Positions 6,998 to 13,154 of a stretch of 34,065 nucleotides of DNA are shown here, in pieces. Numbering within the stretch: position 1 is the first letter of the stretch; every line of letters begins with the position of its first letter. The notes under the pieces were generated by a model that saw only the letters and a list, made by a program, of their open reading frames with translations, did not search any database and had not been told where the DNA came from. This DNA is from Planctomycetota bacterium (GTDB taxonomy: Bacteria > Planctomycetota > Brocadiia > Brocadiales > Brocadiaceae): contig JAHFOW010000001.1 of assembly GCA_023261465.1 (NCBI GenBank), positions 1 through 34,065 of the forward strand. The letters run 5' to 3'. The position numbers were made by a program, and so were the translations under genes.

Positions 6998-7027
6998 TTT
7001 ATGGAAATCGCCATTAAGGAATAATGA

Positions 7028-7444
7028 ATGAGTGAACTCAAAATTGATGAAGATTACCTGCTGGAATTCGCAGAAGGTATTTCTTTGTTTATTAAAAGAG
7101 TGCTGGTAGATAAGAATGTAATATGTGATAAGAACGCTGATATATTTCTTCGATACATGGCCTTTGTAAGGGTGTACGGTTATTTAGAGGCGCACACAAC
7201 TATTACCCAGGCATTACAAGATGCATTTTGTTTTGGTCGCTCCTCATGCCATGAAGTATTTAAAACTAAGATGTATGGAGATCTGGGTTGGGACAATGAT
7301 AAATCCATTCATGACAACCCATTCTTTATACAAGAAGAAGTATGCCCTGAGGCACTAAAGGAAGCTGATAAGCTTTCAGAAGAATTAAAAAACTTCCTTA
7401 AAATCGTCCAAGACAAGAAATCAACCAATGAAACCACGCACTAA
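7028..7444 (+). CDS. Hypothetical protein (138 aa)
   Basis: ORF with an AAGGA Shine-Dalgarno, in operon context. Confidence 0.6.
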   Translation: MSELKIDEDYLLEFAEGISLFIKRVLVDKNVICDKNADIFLRYMAFVRVYGYLEAHTTITQALQDAFCFGRSSCHEVFKTKMYGDLGWDNDKSIHDNPFFIQEEVCPEALKEADKLSEELKNFLKIVQDKKSTNETTH

Positions 7445-7459
7445 AAAGGGAGGCAAAAA

Positions 7460-7777
7460 ATGATTGAATGCAAGGAATGCAGGGATTATGCCGATATTAT
7501 TTTTGAACGCGGAGAAATAACAGCGGATGAGATTCCTAAGCTTGTATACGACCGTCATGCTTTAAAAGCCTGTGACAAAAAAGATTCGCCATTTTTATAC
7601 TGGCTGGAATTTGCTATTCTGAATCAGCGCGAAATAGACAAGGAGCACAACCCGTTTCCTTTGCCTCATTGGAATAAAGGGTACCTTGAAGCATTACTGG
7701 ATTGCCGGGAAAGATATATTGCGCCTCATGATTCCGAAACATCAGTAAGTGGTTTCAATAAGACCGCTGGAAGATAA
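7460..7777 (+). CDS. Hypothetical protein (105 aa)
   Basis: ORF with a GGGAGG Shine-Dalgarno. Confidence 0.6.
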   Translation: MIECKECRDYADIIFERGEITADEIPKLVYDRHALKACDKKDSPFLYWLEFAILNQREIDKEHNPFPLPHWNKGYLEALLDCRERYIAPHDSETSVSGFNKTAGR

Positions 7778-7791
7778 AAGGAAGATTATAT

Positions 7792-8091
7792 ATGAAGAAT
7801 GTAGATTTTCTGGACTACGTATTTACACTTGAAACACTGGTTGATGACAATAACTGCATGTCTTTATTTTTAAAATGCAGACACAAGGATTATACGCGAT
7901 CGGTAAGATGTCAGCTAATGAACGAAGAATTACACTCATTTGGAAATGCCGCAATTTATGGATTCATGAATATACTAAAAGACAAGCTAAACAGCATCTT
8001 AATTAAAGAAGGGCTGTTAACAGTAAATGTTAGTAAGCCTAAAGTCATACCGATACATAGTAAAACATTGTATAAAGTTGAGGAAAAATGA
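7792..8091 (+). CDS. Hypothetical protein (99 aa)
   Basis: ORF with an AAGGAAG Shine-Dalgarno. Its stop overlaps the next start (ATGA). Confidence 0.6.
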   Translation: MKNVDFLDYVFTLETLVDDNNCMSLFLKCRHKDYTRSVRCQLMNEELHSFGNAAIYGFMNILKDKLNSILIKEGLLTVNVSKPKVIPIHSKTLYKVEEK

Positions 8092-8303
8092 TTGAACTTA
8101 CCAGGGAAGAATTGGTTTGGCTTGAAGAACATCTGCGATTTACTCTTCAGCATTATATCCAGCCTCAAATTGTAGTCAAAGTTCACAAGAAAATCCAACT
8201 GATGCTGGAAAGCCATTGTGATCATGAATTTAAAAAAACTCTTGATAAATCAGAAAATTATTTCATTTCAGAGTGTCGTAAATGCAAGAAGGTGGAATCA
8301 TGA
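8088..8303 (+). CDS. Small CxH...CxxC protein, paralog family member A
   Basis: LTREEL...KKIQLMLESHCDHEF...CRKCKK aligns with the products of 8511..8747 and 11055..11282. Confidence 0.6.
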   Translation: MIELTREELVWLEEHLRFTLQHYIQPQIVVKVHKKIQLMLESHCDHEFKKTLDKSENYFISECRKCKKVES

Positions 8304-8521
8304 ATATATACACAAAGGCATGGGAATGCCCAAGGTGTCGCAGATGGCATAGCCCTTCAAGCGAAAAATGCGATTGCAAGCCCATTAAACACGATTATTG
8401 TCCTGAGTGTTTAGCAGATGCTTTTGCAATATTGAGCCCCCCTTATCCAAGTCTTGATGTGATTGAAGCTTATGCGGCGACCCTACATAAAGATATAAGA
8501 CACAGAGAAAATGATGAATGA
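8300..8521 (+). CDS. Small zinc-ribbon protein (73 aa)
   Basis: The ATG at 8300 overlaps the upstream TGA, and AAGGTGGA is the Shine-Dalgarno. Cysteine motifs are CPRC...CDC...CPEC. Confidence 0.55.
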   Translation: MNIYTKAWECPRCRRWHSPSSEKCDCKPIKHDYCPECLADAFAILSPPYPSLDVIEAYAATLHKDIRHRENDE

Positions 8522-8747
8522 TTTTACTAAGGAAGAGCTGGAGGGAATGTTAACGGTGGCCGATTCCTTTTTGGCTAGAGGCATTGCAATTTATAGTGAG
8601 AAAATTACTAATAAAATCCAATCCATGATCGATACTCACTGTACTCATGCATGGATGTATAATCCGTATCAAGATGACGGAAAGAGGCTTTGCGTAAAAT
8701 GTAGGGCTTGTAAAATTAGTAATTCGCAATTGGATGTATTGAAATGA
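8511..8747 (+). CDS. Small CxH...CxxC protein, paralog family member B
   Basis: FTKEEL...NKIQSMIDTHCTHAW...CVKCRAC. Confidence 0.6.
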   Translation: MMNDFTKEELEGMLTVADSFLARGIAIYSEKITNKIQSMIDTHCTHAWMYNPYQDDGKRLCVKCRACKISNSQLDVLK

Positions 8748-8908
8748 AAATCAGTAGAAAACGATGCCCTTGTCAGAATCTTGCGCTGCCAAGGTGGGAT
8801 ATTTATATTTGTGATGAATGCGGGAAGCAACTTGCGTCTCTTCCAAATCCTATTTATCCATCTATGGCGCAAAAAATTATTACAAAGATAAAGAGAATTA
8901 TAAAATGA
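8744..8908 (+). CDS. Unlisted small zinc-ribbon ORF (54 aa)
   Basis: My own translation gives MKISRKRCPCQNLALPRWDIYICDECGKQLASLPNPIYPSMAQKIITKIKRIIK. It has ATGA overlaps at both ends (8744-8747 and 8905-8908). It falls below the track length cut-off. Confidence 0.5.
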   Translation: MKISRKRCPCQNLALPRWDIYICDECGKQLASLPNPIYPSMAQKIITKIKRIIK

Positions 8909-9120
8909 TATATGATGCAAAATACACTGAAATTAAAGAAATGGAAAAGCAAATTAAAAGCTATAATCTTTTTATTACCGGTGATTGGATGACTTGGAAT
9001 GGGCCAGATTTACCAGAAACCCCTATGTTTACAAAAGAAGAAATAGAAGAAATGGAAAAAGAATTGTCGTTATTAGAGAAAAGATTGAACTTAATGAAAC
9101 AAGGTTTTTCATTGCATTAA
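8905..9120 (+). CDS. Hypothetical protein (71 aa)
   Basis: I prefer the internal ATG at 8905 (MIYDAKYTEIKEMEKQ...) because it is ATGA-coupled to 8744..8908. The longer track ORF would overlap that gene. Confidence 0.5.
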   Translation: MIYDAKYTEIKEMEKQIKSYNLFITGDWMTWNGPDLPETPMFTKEEIEEMEKELSLLEKRLNLMKQGFSLH

Positions 9121-9134
9121 TTAAAGGAAATTGA

Positions 9135-9383
9135 ATGACTATAAAGCCTCCAGACAACCTTCAACTTATAATAAGGTGCCCAACTTACTCTGAATATCCA
9201 GAACCACCGGAAAATCAATCCCCCTGTGAATTATTTGATTGCCCTAAATGTAAATCAAAGATGTGGCTTTCTCAGCGAAACAAAGGGCAGCTTCTCTTTC
9301 ACTCGTGCCTTAATACCCAAATAATTCTAGGGTGCTATAAGTGCCTTACGAAGGAAATCAATGAACCCAAAGCCTCCAGATAA
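9135..9383 (+). CDS. Small zinc-ribbon protein (82 aa)
   Basis: Cysteine motifs are CPKC...CYKC. An AAAGGAAA Shine-Dalgarno is present. Confidence 0.55.
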   Translation: MTIKPPDNLQLIIRCPTYSEYPEPPENQSPCELFDCPKCKSKMWLSQRNKGQLLFHSCLNTQIILGCYKCLTKEINEPKASR

Positions 9384-9519
9384 ATCCCTACCAGCCCCAA
9401 AGGAAGAACCATCCTATTTCGCCTCTTTCGATTACCTGTTCTTTGGAAGGCTGGATGAGCTTACAAATCCTCAGAAACCTAAGCCTAAAGAAAGACGTAT
9501 TAAATGCAGCCCCCGATAA
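9361..9519 (+). CDS. Possible small ORF (52 aa)
   Basis: My own translation gives MNPKPPDKSLPAPKEEPSYFASFDYLFFGRLDELTNPQKPKPKERRIKCSPR. An AAGGAA Shine-Dalgarno lies 4 nt upstream. The N-terminus echoes MTIKPPDNLQ of 9135..9383. Confidence 0.35.
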   Translation: MNPKPPDKSLPAPKEEPSYFASFDYLFFGRLDELTNPQKPKPKERRIKCSPR

Positions 9520-9729
9520 TCATCTTGGCTTAAACATCTGATTGAAATATTCCGGAGTCCAATCTTTGCGTTCATCCTGCTGCATCAGCGTCAGAATTTC
9601 CTGCATTGCGAATATGTAGCCCATGGCAAAAGCCCTTGTAGTTGGAGGGGTATCAAGGGTCATATCATCCACTTCTTTAATAATAACGTCTCTTTTGTTG
9701 CGAATAGTTTCTTGTATTTTTTGCTGCAT
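9520..9729 (-). CDS. Hypothetical protein (69 aa) encoded antisense to the early operon
   Basis: The track ORF starts at TTG 9777. The ATG at 9729 lies downstream of a minus-strand promoter-like TTGTCA (9785-9780), a 16-nt spacer and TAAAAA(T) (9763-9757). Confidence 0.45.
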   Translation of the reverse strand: MQQKIQETIRNKRDVIIKEVDDMTLDTPPTTRAFAMGYIFAMQEILTLMQQDERKDWTPEYFNQMFKPR

Positions 9730-9830
9730 ACTATAATCACCAGGATAAATACCGGTATTTTTACATTTAATAATCAATGTGACAATAAAAAAGATTGTAA
9801 TTTAACGATATATAATCAAGGAGAACATCT

Positions 9831-9986
9831 ATGCATTGGTTAAAAGTAATATCTATTTCTTTAAGATTTTTTTCTATAAGCGCGATATTTGCGGTGATAT
9901 CTAATCACATCAATTTCTCCCACTGGGAAATGTGTGTCTTATCATTTGGAATTGGTTTTTTATTCATGCCAAACAGGAAAAATTAA
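9831..9986 (+). CDS. Unlisted small hydrophobic ORF (51 aa)
   Basis: My own translation gives MHWLKVISISLRFFSISAIFAVISNHINFSHWEMCVLSFGIGFLFMPNRKN. An AAGGAGAA Shine-Dalgarno lies 6-7 nt upstream. Confidence 0.45.
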   Translation: MHWLKVISISLRFFSISAIFAVISNHINFSHWEMCVLSFGIGFLFMPNRKN

Positions 9987-9989
9987 ATC

Positions 9990-10202
9990 ATGAAGTGGTA
10001 TTCGGTTAAGGATTATAAAGTACCAGCAAACATGGGAATGCTATTCGTTGCCTTGTCCATTGAGAATCTTTGCATTTATAAGATATGCGAATATAAGCAT
10101 AACCTAAAAACAGATGAATTTAGCTGGTTTGATGAACAAGGATACACTAGCAGTCAGGTAACCCACTTCTGTATTCCAGACCCAATAGAGATTGAAGAAT
10201 GA
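9990..10202 (+). CDS. DUF551-like protein (70 aa)
   Basis: The N-terminus MKWYSVKDYKVP parallels MKWISVKERLPE of 10477..10746. Confidence 0.5.
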   Translation: MKWYSVKDYKVPANMGMLFVALSIENLCIYKICEYKHNLKTDEFSWFDEQGYTSSQVTHFCIPDPIEIEE

Positions 10203-10480
10203 AATTATTTGCTGTTGGAGATAGATGCTGGACATTTTTTACCTACTTAAGTGGAAAGTGCACATTAGACGCTTTTAGCCTAAAAACTTTTTGGATTGAA
10301 CCATGGGAAATTTTAAATATTAAAGAAGGTGACCGTCATAATCGTGCATTAAAAATATTCACATTAAAAAATATACGGGAATGGGTAAATCCGCGCGATG
10401 TTTTATCTGACTGTTGTTATCAATCTAAAGAAGCAGCGATAGGGGCTATGCGTAGAAAACTAAAGGAATTTGAAGAATGA
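10199..10480 (+). CDS. Hypothetical protein (93 aa)
   Basis: The ORF is ATGA-coupled at both ends. Confidence 0.55.
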   Translation: MKLFAVGDRCWTFFTYLSGKCTLDAFSLKTFWIEPWEILNIKEGDRHNRALKIFTLKNIREWVNPRDVLSDCCYQSKEAAIGAMRRKLKEFEE

Positions 10481-10746
10481 AATGGATAAGCGTTAAAGAA
10501 AGATTGCCAGAACACCAACAAATAGTATTGGTTTTTGCAAAGACTCAAAGAGGGACTGATGGTTATGGCGTGGCAACTTTTGTCAACTCTCATAAAATGA
10601 ATGAAGAATTAAAAAATGGACCTTATGCCAACGAGTGTGTTGATCTGAAAAAAAATCCTTATTTTTTTTGTTCCCAAGAGGTGAAACGGCATACATTCAA
10701 TAATGTTTCCCATTGGATGGTTTTACAAAAACCCCTATGCAAATAA
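10477..10746 (+). CDS. DUF551 domain protein (89 aa)
   Basis: MKWISVKERLPE...VSHWMVLQKP has the classic DUF551 termini as recalled. Confidence 0.6.
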   Translation: MKWISVKERLPEHQQIVLVFAKTQRGTDGYGVATFVNSHKMNEELKNGPYANECVDLKKNPYFFCSQEVKRHTFNNVSHWMVLQKPLCK

Positions 10747-10816
10747 GGTACACCCTTTGGGTCTCTCAAGAACCAGTCAATAAACCCCCTGAATATAATT
10801 ATTTTTATAACCTTTA

Positions 10817-10844
10817 TGGACAAGTATTCAAAAGGTGATATGAT
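10817..10844 (+). promoter_or_regulatory. Sigma70-like promoter feeding the structured element
   Basis: TGGACA (10817-10822), a 16-nt spacer, then TATGAT (10839-10844). The predicted start is near 10851. Confidence 0.5.
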
Positions 10845-10849
10845 TGTGC

Positions 10850-11018
10850 TATGACAATCGCGGCGTGGACAGTGACACGCGCCAGAGACTATAGAATCTG
10901 GATTAACAAGGCAGGTCTATAGCGGTATGAATGATGCCGATGTATAGAGAACGAAACATTCTAGTCCTCTTTGGTAGCGACAGTTAATGAGCAGGTGCAA
11001 TTCCTGCCGATTGTCATA
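10850..11018 (+). other. GC-rich ORF-free element bounded by an inverted repeat. It is a candidate structured ncRNA or leader, or a candidate invertible segment.
   Basis: TATGACAATCG (10850-10860) is perfectly complementary to CGATTGTCATA (11008-11018). Internal hairpins lie at 10863-10880, 10882-10901 and 10991-11007. No ORF is plausible, and the flanks are AT-rich. Confidence 0.4.
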
Positions 11019-11054
11019 AACTACTAAATTGGTAGACATCGTTAGGTAATTGTT

Positions 11055-11282
11055 ATGAGCGATTTTACAAAAGAAGAACTCACAAAAATAAAAGATGGAT
11101 TAAACAGTAGTAACGCGCGAACTAGTCCAGATTTAGACAAAATTCTATATAAAATAAATAATCTCATAGGAAATTATTGTGATCACCATTATTTGCGTAT
11201 GAGTAAAATGCAATGGCATATATGTACGGACTGCTTAAATCCATTTAATCTTTCAAAAAAAGAGCAATTGAATAATGATTAA
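11055..11282 (+). CDS. Small CxH...CxxC protein, paralog family member C
   Basis: FTKEEL...YKINNLIGNYCDHHY...CTDC aligns with the products of 8088..8303 and 8511..8747. Confidence 0.6.
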   Translation: MSDFTKEELTKIKDGLNSSNARTSPDLDKILYKINNLIGNYCDHHYLRMSKMQWHICTDCLNPFNLSKKEQLNND

Positions 11283-11291
11283 TTTAAAGAA

Positions 11292-11882
11292 ATGAGCCAT
11301 CAGGTTATTGGCTACGTACGTGTATCATCACAGGGACAAAATACGGCCAGACAATTATCAGGGATAGAATTAGATATGGAATTTGTAGACAAGATTACAG
11401 GAAGCACAGCTGACCGAGAGAAATTACAGCAATGTATCGCGTATGCTCGAAAGGGCGATACGGTTATTGTAGATAGTATCGATAGATTGGCGCGAAATTT
11501 GCGTGACCTTCAGGATATTCTTACCAAGCTTACTACTAAAGGCGTGATAGTTAAATTTGTAAAAGAAAATCTTGTTTTCACGGGTAATGATGATGCTATG
11601 TCTACACTTATGTTACAGATGATGGGCGCTTTTGCGGAATTTGAGCGAACTATGATTAAAAGTCGGCAGCGAGAAGGTATCGATGCTGCTAAGAAAGCGG
11701 GAAAGCATATGGGTCGTCCAAAAAAAGTAACGCCTGAATTATCCTTAGATGTTGTAAGGCTTAGTTCGGAAGGAAAAAGCATTCGTGCAATAGCAAAAGA
11801 GGTAGATCTTGGGCGCTCTACGGTTCAAAGAATACTAGGGACAAAGGTCTCTGCTCAAAAAACAAGAGAGGTAATATGGTAA
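11292..11882 (+). CDS. Small serine recombinase (resolvase/invertase family, 196 aa)
   Basis: The N-terminal catalytic motif is IGYVRVSSQGQ. It also has DSIDRLARN and GAFAEFER, and a C-terminal HTH (SIRAIAKEVDLGRSTVQRIL). Domain order and size match gamma-delta resolvase and Hin. Confidence 0.85.
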   Translation: MSHQVIGYVRVSSQGQNTARQLSGIELDMEFVDKITGSTADREKLQQCIAYARKGDTVIVDSIDRLARNLRDLQDILTKLTTKGVIVKFVKENLVFTGNDDAMSTLMLQMMGAFAEFERTMIKSRQREGIDAAKKAGKHMGRPKKVTPELSLDVVRLSSEGKSIRAIAKEVDLGRSTVQRILGTKVSAQKTREVIW

Positions 11883-12166
11883 TGGCTAATCAAAGAGACA
11901 TGATTTCAAGCGAAGAGGCTCGAATTATGTTGTTAGAGCAAAAGAATGATGATTTTCATCAGACTTTAATTCGTCTTGAATCCATCTTGGATTCAATGGA
12001 TAAAAAGTTTGAAACCAAATTTGATGGGATAGATAAAAAATTCGATTCTCAGAACGCTAAAATCGACTCCCATTTCAAATGGACCATAACATTGTTTCTG
12101 GGCCTCTATGGAACCGTAGTTGGCACGCTTATCACGGCATTGGGCAAAGCGTATCATTGGTTTTAA
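11876..12166 (+). CDS. DUF1640-like coiled-coil protein with a C-terminal transmembrane helix (96 aa)
   Basis: Repeated KKFETKFDGIDKKFDSQNAKIDSHFKW is followed by the hydrophobic segment TITLFLGLYGTVVGTLITALG. The start overlaps the recombinase stop (ATG 11876 or 11882). Confidence 0.55.
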   Translation: MVMANQRDMISSEEARIMLLEQKNDDFHQTLIRLESILDSMDKKFETKFDGIDKKFDSQNAKIDSHFKWTITLFLGLYGTVVGTLITALGKAYHWF

Positions 12167-12372
12167 TGCTAACCATTCCATGTAAGCCATAGGTAGAAAA
12201 ATAAAACATTGCGCCTGAGATCCTCATTTTGTAAGATGGCGTTCTTTTAATCATGAGAACTCACAATTGCGATTTTACGTTGAAGGTCTTGAGCTGGATA
12301 TTCAAGATCCAACATTCTTTATGGACGAAGAGGAGTACAAAAATTTAAATCAAACTTTAGATGGGATTTTAA

Positions 12373-12612
12373 ATGACTACTATGACCTACCATTGGATAA
12401 ATAAGCCCAAGGCGCGATTTTATAGAATTACAATGAAAGGTAATGGATCTAATATCTTACTTAATTACCAATGGGGTTCGATTATGTCTAATCGCGGTGG
12501 GAAGAAAAGCTTATTGTTGTGCTCAGAACAGGAAGCAAAGAGCACCATTGAACAGATGATAAAACGCAGGAAAAGCAGGGGTTATGAATTATTATTCCCC
12601 ACTATACACTGA
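12373..12612 (+). CDS. Stand-alone WGR-domain protein (79 aa)
   Basis: ARFYRITM...LNYQWGSI..RGGKKSLLLCSEQEAKSTIEQMIKRRKSRGY fits the WGR signature (FY.i, W-G-R/S-I-G, ..KGY). The Shine-Dalgarno is weak and the start is uncertain. Confidence 0.6.
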   Translation: MTTMTYHWINKPKARFYRITMKGNGSNILLNYQWGSIMSNRGGKKSLLLCSEQEAKSTIEQMIKRRKSRGYELLFPTIH

Positions 12613-12780
12613 CGGCTCTTCTGTAGGTTCTGAAATCCTTTGGATAGCCTGTTCAGTAGCAAAAATAGCACCAATTAACTGTTGCAAATTTGCTTGAGCC
12701 TGATCTCGACGAACCATGAAATTCTGCAAATCGGATTTCAATTGTTCTAAAGGGCTCAATTCCTTTTTTTCTTCAGACAT
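12592..12780 (-). CDS. Hypothetical coiled-coil protein (62 aa), last gene of the late operon
   Basis: GGAG Shine-Dalgarno lies 8 nt upstream. The 3' end overlaps the convergent WGR gene by 21 nt. Confidence 0.55.
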   Translation of the reverse strand: MSEEKKELSPLEQLKSDLQNFMVRRDQAQANLQQLIGAIFATEQAIQRISEPTEEPSVYSGE

Positions 12781-12920
12781 TTAATAACTCCATGTTATAA
12801 TAATTCAGATGGGTATATCACATTTAATGTTACGCATCAATTACTTAACAGTTTATATGTAAAACATTTATTGCAGTTGATTTATTTTGGACTGAATATA
12901 AATTGCTTTCGGTATCCTTA

Positions 12921-13136
12921 TCAAACAGAAGGGGGCAATTGATCGGCCCTTAGAATTTGATTCCACACTAATGCGTTTTGATCGCTGTTATCATTGCATA
13001 TATATAAATCACCATTGGTATTATCTAAATACAATTGGCCAAGCTCGATTGTTACTAATATGGATAAATAACTTGCAGCAGGCGCGCCTGAATCCTGAAA
13101 CATCGCAGGTATTGTGTTTGTCACTGAAAAAGTCAT
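12921..13136 (-). CDS. Hypothetical fibre-associated protein (71 aa)
   Basis: An AAAGGAGA Shine-Dalgarno is present, 18 nt after the fibre gene stop. Confidence 0.6.
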   Translation of the reverse strand: MTFSVTNTIPAMFQDSGAPAASYLSILVTIELGQLYLDNTNGDLYICNDNSDQNALVWNQILRADQLPPSV

Positions 13137-13154
13137 TATAATCTCCTTTTTTAA

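Noticed and set aside
10876-10925. A TPP riboswitch or hammerhead ribozyme, suggested by AATCTGGATTAA, CCAGAGA and CGAAAC
   Set aside because: The conserved cores are absent: CUGAGA and the CUGG/CCAG P5 helix for TPP, and CUGANGA for the hammerhead. The resemblance is superficial.
10850-11018. A tRNA or tmRNA-like gene, suggested by the 7-bp acceptor-like closing stem plus the T-arm-like hairpin GCAGG-TGCAATT-CCTGC
   Set aside because: The element is 169 nt, too long for a tRNA and too short for a tmRNA. The T-loop lacks the invariant TTC (it reads TGC). No D-arm or anticodon arm of canonical size is present, and there is no G3:U70 pair.
11883-13154. A Gin/Cin/Hin-style invertible tail-fibre segment controlled by the adjacent serine recombinase
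   Set aside because: The ORFs on the opposite strand between the recombinase and the fibre gene (DUF1640-like and WGR) are not alternative fibre C-termini or chaperones. I found no long inverted repeats flanking the interval. The only hix-like sequence (TTATCAAACAG...TTGATCG at about 12918-12950) is an imperfect dyad with the wrong spacing and has no partner site.
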